DNA of 32,000 nucleotides, from assembly GCF_000013905.1 (NCBI RefSeq), contig NC_007969.1, positions 390,001 through 422,000 on the forward strand. The letters run 5' to 3'. Numbering within the stretch: position 1 is the first letter of the stretch; each line of letters opens with the position of its first letter. The DNA comes from Psychrobacter cryohalolentis K5. Its GTDB lineage: Bacteria > Pseudomonadota > Gammaproteobacteria > Pseudomonadales > Moraxellaceae. Under the pieces are notes generated by a model. That model saw nothing but the letters and a program-made list of their open reading frames with translations. It did no database searches and was not told the origin of the DNA. Made by a program: the position numbers and the translations under genes. Positions 9,050-17,409 of this stretch are shown here, piece by piece.

Positions 9050-9138
9050 TAGGCATAATTCGTATTTTGGTGATTGCAATTACAAGACTGCAATCAACTC
9101 TCTCATGCCAATCAAGCCTAACAGCAAGGTGACTGATA

Positions 9139-11340
9139 ATGACATTATTGAATAGCAAACAACCACTTGCCCATGAAGTCGTTGAAGATTCTAATCCGAC
9201 CAACAATATCGATTTTCAAACCATTATTAGTCGTCGTTTAAATCGGCGTAGTATCCTAAAAGGTGGCACAGGATTAACAGCGGCGGCGTTTTTTGGCGCG
9301 CTACCTTTAGTCGGCTGTAGCGATGACGATGATAGTATTCCTGCCAAAAATAATGGCAATGATGCTGCTGTCCCTGCACAAGGTGATCTCAAACGTCCCG
9401 AAACTTTGAAGTTTACAGCAGTGGCGCATTCGACTACCGAAACGATGAGCGTGGCAGCAGGCTATAAAGCCGAGATGATATTACCACTTGGCACGCCGCT
9501 AATATCTGGTATTGATGACTGGAAAGACAATCGAGAGCAGTCGGCTGAGTCATTCGAATGGCGCATGGGTGATAATCATGATGGCATGTGGTTCTTTGGC
9601 AAAAAGGGCAGCGCCTATGACCCTAAAGCGTCAGAGAATGGGCTGCTGGTAATGAATCATGAGTATGTAAACAGTAGTGAGCTGAGTCCGTTTGGCTATC
9701 ATGTTATCCAAGATAACAACGCCGCGCCCATCTTTCAAAATCGTCGACTTGCTAGCGACGTGCGCCGTGAGGTTAATTGTCATGGGGTGGCGGTGGTCGA
9801 GATGAAACGCCGCGCTGATGGCATGGGCTATGAGATGGTGGCTGATTCGAAATATAATCGCCGTCTCACGAGTAGTAGTACGGCGCAGTTGACAGGACCC
9901 GTTGCGGGTTCTGATTTGGTCAAGACTAAGTTTGATCCGACAGGCTTTCAGACTCGCGGTATCAATAATAACTGCGGTGCAGGTTTGTCACCTTGGGGCA
10001 CCTATCTGACCACCGAAGAGAACTTTTTAGGGGTATTTGCCCGTGGGCAAGACGCTAGCCAATTAAGTGCTGGGCATAACTATGGTCGCGAACGCTACGG
10101 CGCAACGGAAAACTTCCCTGGTTGGGAATACTTATGGCATACCCCTGATGCTAAAGATGCCAAGATAAGCGACGAGTTTTCACGCTGGGATATGACCGCC
10201 GCTAGTGCTAGCGCTGCTGACGATTATAGAAATGGCTTTAATACCTTTGGCTATATCACCGAAATTGATCCTTTTGATCAAAATTCCATACCGCAAAAGC
10301 GCACAGCACTAGGACGTTTTGCTCATGAAAATTGTGCCTATGCCCCTGTTGAACAAGGCAAACCGGTGGTCTTTTATATGGGTGATGATGCTCGAGGGGA
10401 ATATATCTATAAGTTCGTCTCCAAAGCCACATGGTCAAATGCTGATATCGGCGGTGGATTAAAAGCAGGTGACAAGTATTTGAATGAGGGTACGCTCTAT
10501 GTTGCTATCTTTAATGAAAATGGCCGGGGTGAATGGAAAGCGTTGATTCACGGTCAAAATGGACTGGATGTCTCCAATACGGTCTTGCCTTTTCATGGAC
10601 AAGATGAGGTGTTGGTCTTTGCTCGTGCAGCAGCAGATGTGGTCGGTGCCACCAAAATGGATCGACCAGAGTGGGTGTCGGTCAGTCCCATAACGGGCGA
10701 TGTATATGTGACATTGACCAATAATAAATATCGCGGCGTACGTGATGATCAGCCACTTTCAGCGCCCAATCCGCGCAGCTATAATACTGGCGGCAAAGCG
10801 CGTGGTAATGACAATGGTCATATTATTCGCTGGGCAGAAGCAAGGGGCGATCATGCGGCAACCAGTTTTGAATGGGATATTTATTTATTTGCTGCGCCGA
10901 GTGATTTATCAGCAGAAAACTTATCACAATTAAATGACAATAATGACTTTTCTTCCCCCGACGGCTTATACTTTGATCCACGTGGCGTCTTATGGATTCA
11001 AACAGATGACGGTGCTTATACCGATACCAGCAGCTGTATGTTGCTAGCAGCGCTACCGGGCAATATCAGCGATGGAACCCTCACTACTACGTCAGCGGGG
11101 CAACAAACCCGAGTCGGCATGCCTGCCACTAATGACAATATCAAACGTTTCTTCGTCGGTCCGGAGGGCTGTGAAGTCACAGGTATTACGATGGCCCCAG
11201 ACTTTAAAACCTTATTTATTAATATTCAGCATCCGGGTAATACGTGGGGCGCTATTGCTGGAGGTAGTACACCACGCTCAGCCACCGTCATGATTACTCG
11301 CGAAGATGGTGATGTCATACTGGCAGAGTCATTTGTCTAG
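9139..11340 (+). CDS. phoX: PhoX-family (DUF839) alkaline phosphatase with a Tat-type signal and lipobox
   Basis: AAGGTG RBS. Twin-arginine motif NRRSILKGG, then a hydrophobic stretch ending LPLVGC(60)SDDDD. PhoX beta-propeller motifs are NNNCGAGLSPWGTYLTTEENF, MDRPEWVSV, SPDGLYFDPRGVLWIQTD and EVTGITMAPDFKTLFINIQHPG. Confidence 0.88.
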   Translation: MTLLNSKQPLAHEVVEDSNPTNNIDFQTIISRRLNRRSILKGGTGLTAAAFFGALPLVGCSDDDDSIPAKNNGNDAAVPAQGDLKRPETLKFTAVAHSTTETMSVAAGYKAEMILPLGTPLISGIDDWKDNREQSAESFEWRMGDNHDGMWFFGKKGSAYDPKASENGLLVMNHEYVNSSELSPFGYHVIQDNNAAPIFQNRRLASDVRREVNCHGVAVVEMKRRADGMGYEMVADSKYNRRLTSSSTAQLTGPVAGSDLVKTKFDPTGFQTRGINNNCGAGLSPWGTYLTTEENFLGVFARGQDASQLSAGHNYGRERYGATENFPGWEYLWHTPDAKDAKISDEFSRWDMTAASASAADDYRNGFNTFGYITEIDPFDQNSIPQKRTALGRFAHENCAYAPVEQGKPVVFYMGDDARGEYIYKFVSKATWSNADIGGGLKAGDKYLNEGTLYVAIFNENGRGEWKALIHGQNGLDVSNTVLPFHGQDEVLVFARAAADVVGATKMDRPEWVSVSPITGDVYVTLTNNKYRGVRDDQPLSAPNPRSYNTGGKARGNDNGHIIRWAEARGDHAATSFEWDIYLFAAPSDLSAENLSQLNDNNDFSSPDGLYFDPRGVLWIQTDDGAYTDTSSCMLLAALPGNISDGTLTTTSAGQQTRVGMPATNDNIKRFFVGPEGCEVTGITMAPDFKTLFINIQHPGNTWGAIAGGSTPRSATVMITREDGDVILAESFV

Positions 11341-11382
11341 TTAAACATTTGCATTAGTAATGATGCGTCTTAACAAACATAA

Positions 11383-11411
11383 AAATCCTAAGTCATGGCT
11401 TTGGGATTTTT
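11383..11411 (+). terminator. Rho-independent terminator after phoX
   Basis: About 10-bp stem aaatcctaag/ctt(t)gggattt with one bulge and one G-U pair, 6-nt loop, and a T-rich tail. Confidence 0.6.
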
Positions 11412-11470
11412 GTGTTTTAGGCGGTAGTTACTAGTATGCAATTTTTGATATTGAATAATTACATGGCTTT

Positions 11471-11499
11471 TTGACAATAAAGATACTTGATAGTTAAAT
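11471..11499 (+). promoter_or_regulatory. Candidate sigma70 promoter for the alpha/beta hydrolase gene
   Basis: TTGACA (11471-11476)-N17-TTAAAT (11494-11499), about 70 nt upstream of the ATG at 11571. Confidence 0.35.
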
Positions 11500-11570
11500 C
11501 ATTCTCTTCTGTTTATGACCATTACAGGATAGTATGGAAAATTCCTTTAACTGTTTGATATGTCAACATT

Positions 11571-13034
11571 ATGCTCAGTCCAAAACCTTTAGAAACTATC
11601 CATGATTTATTTGCAACGACTCGGCGTCCTTCTGATGAGCAATCTGCTATCGATATAGGATTTCAAGGCGATGTCTATGAGGAACTGGATAAGCTTGACT
11701 ATATCTATGTGGATGAGCTGACTGAAAAAAGCGTGAATCATACTGATATTCAACCGTATCAACCGCTCTCATTGGTTGGTTTTTTTGAAGGATTGGCACA
11801 GCTTGCGACTATGGGTGTGGTCGAGGTGACTGACATTGTGGAAGCCATCCACCGTGAGATATTACTGCGTCCTTTAGGGCGGTTTAATAAAGGAAATGTC
11901 GAGCGCTGGCAACAGGGTATCACGGGGCGCATTTATGGTACGGTACGTCAGGCGATGCAGCTGATTGGTAATAATTTAGCCTCAGGTCTGCACCTTTATA
12001 ATACTGTTTTAAAGCCCAAAAAGGTCAGACTATTACCAAAGAACTTGCGGCGCATGGTCAATATCCTAAACGGAGTGATGGGTGATCATCTGATTACGCA
12101 TCAAAATCCATTAGCAGTATCGATGGTGCTGTATGATACCAATAATCGGGTGCAAAGCGCTGTATTGTCAGGGCGCGTTATTATTCTATGCCATGGACTT
12201 TGTTTAAGCCACTTAAGCTGGAAAGTATCTGGTGAGAATAATCTGGCAAAAACGCTCATGTATAGCTTGCCGTCATCGACTGTCTTGTATTTAAATTATA
12301 ATACAGGTCGACGTATCTCAAGTAATGGACGTAGCTTTGCTCAAGTGTTGCAAGATTTGGTTGAGAATAACCCAGACATCACCCAGATTGATTTGGTCGG
12401 TCATAGTATGGGCGGTTTGGTAAGCCGTAGCGCGCTGTTTTATGGCAAAGAGCAAGGTTTTAGCTGGGTCAAAAGGGTGAGTAATCTGGTGACTTTAGGG
12501 TCACCGCATCATGGCGCAAGTTTGGAGCAGATTGGGCATTTTGTCCAAGATAAAATCGCTAAATTGCCCTTTGCTGGGTCATTGGCAAAGCTTGGTGATA
12601 TGCGCAGTGCGGGTATCATTGATCTGCGTTACGGTAGTATTCGAGATGCCGACTGGCAAGCGTTAGAGGGACGTAGTGTGCTACCAGCAGATTTTCGTCA
12701 TCCTACTCACTTGCCATTGCATGTGAATACCTATCTGGTAGCAGCAGTGATGGTCGAGACCCATTTTGAATTTAAGACCACAAGTTTATTGGGCGATGGG
12801 CTGGTTTCGGTAGAGTCAGCACTGGGTGAGCATACCGAAGAGCATACGCTGGCAGTACCAGAGGGACACAAAGCTATTTTTTATGGGATAAACCATATGA
12901 ACTTAATCTACAGCGATAGAGTACATCAGCAAATCATTGCTTGGCTCTTGGATGATAGATTAGGCGATGCACATGAAGCAAAGTATGCGCTGAACCCGCG
13001 TATTTATTCTTATCCAGAAACCTATGAGGTTTAG
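11571..13034 (+). CDS. Alpha/beta hydrolase (lipase/esterase-like, PGAP1/DUF676-type) with an uncharacterised N-terminal domain of about 200 aa
   Basis: Nucleophile elbow LVGHSMGGLV followed by LVTLGSPHHGAS. There is no signal peptide and no obvious RBS at the first ATG. The N-terminal 200 aa carry no motif I can name. Confidence 0.75.
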   Translation: MLSPKPLETIHDLFATTRRPSDEQSAIDIGFQGDVYEELDKLDYIYVDELTEKSVNHTDIQPYQPLSLVGFFEGLAQLATMGVVEVTDIVEAIHREILLRPLGRFNKGNVERWQQGITGRIYGTVRQAMQLIGNNLASGLHLYNTVLKPKKVRLLPKNLRRMVNILNGVMGDHLITHQNPLAVSMVLYDTNNRVQSAVLSGRVIILCHGLCLSHLSWKVSGENNLAKTLMYSLPSSTVLYLNYNTGRRISSNGRSFAQVLQDLVENNPDITQIDLVGHSMGGLVSRSALFYGKEQGFSWVKRVSNLVTLGSPHHGASLEQIGHFVQDKIAKLPFAGSLAKLGDMRSAGIIDLRYGSIRDADWQALEGRSVLPADFRHPTHLPLHVNTYLVAAVMVETHFEFKTTSLLGDGLVSVESALGEHTEEHTLAVPEGHKAIFYGINHMNLIYSDRVHQQIIAWLLDDRLGDAHEAKYALNPRIYSYPETYEV

Positions 13035-13066
13035 AATAAGAGATACAAAATAATAAGACTAATGCT

Positions 13067-13101
13067 AAAAACCCTCAAGCATCATACTTGAGGGTTTTTT
13101 T
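13067..13101 (+). terminator. Rho-independent terminator after the hydrolase gene (flanked by A- and T-runs)
   Basis: 9-bp stem accctcaag/cttgagggt (13071-13079 / 13087-13095), 7-nt loop, ttttttt tail and an aaaa leader. Confidence 0.8.
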
Positions 13102-13134
13102 ATGAGTGACTATAGTGAATTCAGTATTAAAACG

Positions 13135-13258
13135 ATACAGTAGGACTGAGATGAATTGTACGCAGCCTCTGTCAGCGTAGTCACAGCATGCCAGAAAAAT
13201 TTATACCAGTACTGCGTTGGAATATAAAGTATCTGTTTTATTTGGAATTGACTATACT
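13135..13258 (+). repeat. Intergenic repeat copy A (core hairpin element 13145-13210 plus extended flank)
   Basis: It aligns by eye with 14351-14472 over about 124 bp. Shared blocks are tacagt, actg.g.at.aatt, cgcagcctctgtc, gcgtag, cacag, ataccagta, ttttatttgg and tgactata. The core has imperfect terminal inverted repeats actgagatgaatt / aatttataccagt. Confidence 0.75.
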
Positions 13259-13278
13259 TAAATCAATGAGATAAAAGA

Positions 13279-14259
13279 CTACTCAGCAAAAATCGCTGCC
13301 ACATCGTCTTCATTAAATTTATAAATCTCACCGCAGAATCCGCAATCCATCTCAAAGGTACCGTTTTGCTCTGCAACGATATCCAATGCTTCTGTTTCGC
13401 CGATTTGCTCGATTGCCATTTCACACTTTTCACGTGAACACGTACAACCAAACGATAGCGAGATAGGCTCAGGAGCAACGACTTTTTCTTCATGATATAA
13501 GCGATACAAAATCTCATTGGTATCAAGCGTGGTCAATTCTTCCGCTTTCAGTGTACGCGTCAATACAGACAATCGTGTCCACAAGTCATCATCAATACCA
13601 GCATCTTCATTTTGCTCAACTTCGTAGGTTTCTTGAGCGGTACGCGGCAGCATTTGCACCAAGATGCCACCCGCTTGTAAACCATCAGATGCCAAATTAA
13701 TCAGCGTTGGAATCTGTGCCGATTGCTTTTGATAATGCGCCAAGCAATCTGCCAGATTGTCATGGCTACGTTCAACAATACCTTGATACGGCTCGCCGCC
13801 ATCCGGTTGGATATTAATAAATAATACGCCTTGACCAGTAGCGCCCAGTTCAGCAAACGCTTCTTTAGCATGCAGCATATTATTCCACGCTTGCACGTGC
13901 TCGTCAGTATCAGCTTTCCAGCTGGCAAGAGCGCGGATAATACCGTTTTGATCACATTCAGCCATCGCCCAATTCAGCAAACTATCGCTATCTGATGATT
14001 GCAATTGAATCGACAAGCGACCATTGATTTTAACAGTACCAATCAGCAAACTTGCAGCCGTCAACATCTCACCGAGTAAGCGTTTTAGTGCTTCAGGATA
14101 AGGCTTTTGCGCAATGGTCGTCGCATAGCTACGCGATAAGCGCACCACATCACCGCGCACCGGAGAGTCTTCAATAAAAAAGCGTTGGCGAATGTCGTTA
14201 TCTTGCATCAGATCAGTATTTTGTTCAGGAGCATTCGGAGTTTGGGTATCTTGGGTCAT
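13279..14259 (-). CDS. hslO: Redox-regulated chaperone Hsp33
   Basis: The C-terminal zinc centre CTCSREKC ... CGFCGEIY (CxC...CxxC) and the N-terminal region RFFIEDSPVRGDVVRL resemble E. coli HslO. About 18 residues lie upstream of an alternative Met18. Confidence 0.9.
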   Translation of the reverse strand: MTQDTQTPNAPEQNTDLMQDNDIRQRFFIEDSPVRGDVVRLSRSYATTIAQKPYPEALKRLLGEMLTAASLLIGTVKINGRLSIQLQSSDSDSLLNWAMAECDQNGIIRALASWKADTDEHVQAWNNMLHAKEAFAELGATGQGVLFINIQPDGGEPYQGIVERSHDNLADCLAHYQKQSAQIPTLINLASDGLQAGGILVQMLPRTAQETYEVEQNEDAGIDDDLWTRLSVLTRTLKAEELTTLDTNEILYRLYHEEKVVAPEPISLSFGCTCSREKCEMAIEQIGETEALDIVAEQNGTFEMDCGFCGEIYKFNEDDVAAIFAE

Positions 14260-14350
14260 AGGTCATGTATAAGATTAAGAAGTTGCTAGCTTTATGGGGA
14301 TAGGTTCGGATTTATCAATCGTATCTATAGTAGATACACTTTTTAAAAAA

Positions 14351-14472
14351 TACAGTGCCACTGGGATTAATTATTCGCAGCCTCTGTCTGCGTAGGCACA
14401 GTCAGCAAGCAAAATTGATACCAGTAGCACCTTATAATTTTTGTATTTCTTTTATTTAGGACTGACTATAGT
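14351..14472 (+). repeat. Intergenic repeat copy B (core 14360-14425 plus extended flank)
   Basis: Same family and orientation as copy A. The core is actgggattaatt...ttcgcagcctctgtctgcgtaggcacagtcagcaagcaaaattgataccagt, with an internal stem cgcag/ctgcg. It lies in the 552-bp hslO-gltI divergent intergenic region. Confidence 0.75.
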
Positions 14473-14811
14473 AGATTGTTGACGTAAGAAATGCCGTTTA
14501 TAAAAAATGAATTTCTCTATTAGCTTTATCAAATATGTACCTATATTAATGACGTTAGAGCTTGTTTTATTTAGGGATTATTATCTCCAACAAATTAAAA
14601 ACCAAAAATAGTCAGCTGAGTAAAAAAAGTTTACCCTCGTCAGTCAATTTGTTGTACAGTAACATTAAGTTGCATAGTGATAAACAACAGCAACAGCACG
14701 GATGCATAGCAATAGGGCCCATAAACGCAAATTTATAGCGTTTTTCTACGGTTTCTATCGCACTTAAATGTCATTCCAATCTTGTGGCAATGTGATAAAA
14801 GGACATATCTC

Positions 14812-15804
14812 ATGACTTACTTACTTTCTACCTCTATATCCAAACCATTAACGTTAGTTGCCTTTATGGCACTAGCTCTAGCAGGCTGTAACAACAATAG
14901 CCAAACCAGTAATGAGGCGACGCCAGCAGATGGAGCAACCACCGAGGCGACGGCAAATACCAACGGCACCTTAGATAAAATTAAAGAATCAGGCACCATC
15001 GTCGTCGGTCACCGTGACTCTTCCATTCCGTTCTCATACATCGCTGATGATCCAAATCAGCCGATCGGCTATGCTCATGATTTAGAGATGAAAGTGGTAG
15101 AAGCTGTCAAACAAAAGCTCAATATGCCAGATCTAAAAATCCGCTATAACCTTATTACCTCACAAACACGCATCCCATTAGTACAAAATGGTACAGTAGA
15201 TTTTGAGTGTGGTTCAACAACCAATAATGAAGAGCGTCAGAAACAAGTCGCTTTTTCTAACGGCTTCTTTGAAATCGGTACGCGTTTATTGACCAAAAAA
15301 GATTCAGGTATCCAAGGTTTCGATGATTTAAAGGGTAAAACCTTAGTCACGACTGCAGGTACAACTTCAGAGCGTTATATTCGTGAATACAACGACGATA
15401 AAAAGATGAATATCAATGTCATCTCAGCAAAAGACCATGGCGAAGGTTTCTTGATGCTAGAGAATGGTCGTGCCGATGCCTTTATGATGGATGATGTATT
15501 GCTAGCAGGCGAAAAAGCCAAAGCCAAAAATCCCGATGAATGGGTCATTGTTGGTGAGCCACAATCGTTTGAGATTTATGGTTGTATGATGCGTAAAGAC
15601 GATCCAGAATTTAAAGCCGTGGTCGATGAAGCACTAGCCAATGTCTTTAAGTCAGGCGAGATCAATAGCATCTATGACAAATGGTTCTTAAATCCAATTC
15701 CACCAAAAAATGTCAATCTAAAGTTTGAGATGTCAGATAACTTAAAAGCGTTGATTGCCAATCCACATGATAGCGATCAGCCAAAAGTAGCGACTGCGCA
15801 ATAA
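14812..15804 (+). CDS. gltI: Glutamate/aspartate ABC transporter substrate-binding lipoprotein
   Basis: AAGGA RBS 9 nt upstream of the ATG at 14812 (the ORF-track start at 14782 has none). Lipobox LALAGC. It is a family-3 SBP resembling GltI, followed by gltJKL. Confidence 0.85.
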   Translation: MTYLLSTSISKPLTLVAFMALALAGCNNNSQTSNEATPADGATTEATANTNGTLDKIKESGTIVVGHRDSSIPFSYIADDPNQPIGYAHDLEMKVVEAVKQKLNMPDLKIRYNLITSQTRIPLVQNGTVDFECGSTTNNEERQKQVAFSNGFFEIGTRLLTKKDSGIQGFDDLKGKTLVTTAGTTSERYIREYNDDKKMNINVISAKDHGEGFLMLENGRADAFMMDDVLLAGEKAKAKNPDEWVIVGEPQSFEIYGCMMRKDDPEFKAVVDEALANVFKSGEINSIYDKWFLNPIPPKNVNLKFEMSDNLKALIANPHDSDQPKVATAQ

Positions 15805-15913
15805 CGCTTCTTGTCCCTCAACATAGCATGCTTACGCGTTCAGATTGTTTGTCAAATAGTTTGATAGCAGTCTGAAAGCGTGGGCTTTTTAACCGTTGCT
15901 CGGAGAGACAATT

Positions 15914-16660
15914 ATGAATTATAGCTGGAACTGGGGTGTGCTGTTTGAGCAGACCGGTATCGGTAGCGAGCTGTATATCCATTGGATGATTACTGGTCTT
16001 GGCTGGTTGTTATTGATTGGCAGTATTGCATGGGCAATCGCCATGGTGGTTGGTACTATTTTTGGCATCATGCGTACCTTGCCGAATAAAGGCGCACGTG
16101 CTATCGGTACTGCTTATGTGACGTTTTTCCGCAATATCCCTTTATTGGTACAATTATTTTTCTGGTTTTATATCGCCCCAGGTTGGCTCACGCCATCCAT
16201 ACAAGAGTGGTGGTATAAAGACTTGTCTCCCAATACCTCAGCCATGCTGTCAGCCAGTATCGGTCTTGGTTTATTTACCGCAGCTCGTATTGTTGAACAA
16301 GTACGTACTGGTATCGAGTCACTACCTCAAGGGCAGATCAATGCTGCCTACGCGCTTGGCTTTAGTATCCCGCAAGCCTATAAAGAAGTACTGCTGCCAC
16401 AAGCGTTTCGGATTATCTTACCGCCACTGAGCTCAGAGCTGACCAACTGCTTTAAAAACGCCTCAGTTGCGTCTTTGGTTGGGGTAATGGAGCTGATCAG
16501 TCAGACCAAAACCATCAGTGAATATACTCAAAACAGTCTTGAGATTTATACCTATGCGACCATTATTTATCTGGTGTTTAATCTGTCTTTAATTGCCATT
16601 ATGGGGCTAATTGAACGTAAATTGCGTGTGCCTGGGCTAATTGCAGGGAGTCAAAAATGA
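15914..16660 (+). CDS. gltJ: Glutamate/aspartate ABC transporter permease
   Basis: GGAGAG RBS before the ATG at 15914. Multi-spanning protein with EAA-type loop NAAYALGFSIPQAYKEVLLPQA. The ORF-track TTG start at 15896 is less likely. Confidence 0.85.
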   Translation: MNYSWNWGVLFEQTGIGSELYIHWMITGLGWLLLIGSIAWAIAMVVGTIFGIMRTLPNKGARAIGTAYVTFFRNIPLLVQLFFWFYIAPGWLTPSIQEWWYKDLSPNTSAMLSASIGLGLFTAARIVEQVRTGIESLPQGQINAAYALGFSIPQAYKEVLLPQAFRIILPPLSSELTNCFKNASVASLVGVMELISQTKTISEYTQNSLEIYTYATIIYLVFNLSLIAIMGLIERKLRVPGLIAGSQK

Positions 16661-17325
16661 ATATGACCGAACTTGCAACTGCCTATCCCGGTTTGATGGG
16701 TGGCATGCTGACGACTTTAAAAGTATTATTTTTAGCAATCTTAGGCGGTCTCAGCTTAGGGACGGTATTGGCTTTGATGCGTTTGTCTGGTATCAAAGCA
16801 CTTGAGATACCTGCAAAGCTATACGTCAATTATTTCCGTTCTGTGCCATTGCTGCTCGTACTTCTCTGGTTTTATTTTGCCGTACCGATGATTTATTTTT
16901 GGGTCGCTGGTAAATATCTGCAACTCGATACAGCTTTTACCTCGTGTGTAGTCGCCTTTATGATGTTTGAAGCGGCATATTTTTCAGAGGTGGTACGTGC
17001 GGGTATCCAATCTATCGGCAGTGGACAGGTTAACGCTGCCAAAGCGCTCGGTATGACCTATGGGCAAACGATGCGCTTGATTATTTTGCCGCAGGCGTTT
17101 CGCAAGATGCTACCGCTGATTTTGCAGCAATGTATTATTTTATTCCAAGATACGACATTGGTTTTTGCAATTGGCTTGACGGATTTTTTCCGCGCCGCTT
17201 ATGTACGCGGTGAGCTGATGGGTTTATTAACGCCCTATATATTAGGAGCAGGCGCTGTTTATTTTATTATCAGTTTGAGTGCCTCTATTGGCGTACAACA
17301 AGTACAAAAGCGTTTAAGATTCTAA
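16657..17325 (+). CDS. gltK: Glutamate/aspartate ABC transporter permease
   Basis: An ATGA start/stop overlap with gltJ indicates translational coupling. EAA loop NAAKALGMTYGQTMRLIILPQA. Confidence 0.85.
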   Translation: MNMTELATAYPGLMGGMLTTLKVLFLAILGGLSLGTVLALMRLSGIKALEIPAKLYVNYFRSVPLLLVLLWFYFAVPMIYFWVAGKYLQLDTAFTSCVVAFMMFEAAYFSEVVRAGIQSIGSGQVNAAKALGMTYGQTMRLIILPQAFRKMLPLILQQCIILFQDTTLVFAIGLTDFFRAAYVRGELMGLLTPYILGAGAVYFIISLSASIGVQQVQKRLRF

Positions 17326-17409
17326 TGATCTTTAATAAATTCATATCGGAAGCTGTACGTTAAGAGCTATATTTAATAATGATGAAAATAATGTGGTTAG
17401 GAGCCAGTG

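Noticed and set aside
13135-14472. Interpreting the repeat-flanked hslO as a mobile cassette or composite transposon
   Set aside because: There is no transposase, integrase or recombinase, no clear target-site duplication, and hslO is a housekeeping stress gene with composition like its neighbours. The repeats are better explained as small intergenic elements that happen to flank it, although recombination between them remains possible (see findings).
14760-14811. TGGCA-containing stretch (cttgtggcaatgtgataaaagg) upstream of gltI, considered as a sigma54 -24/-12 promoter
   Set aside because: With GG fixed at -24, the dinucleotide at the -12 position is not GC, and TTGCW is absent. It does not fit the TGGCAC-N5-TTGCW consensus.
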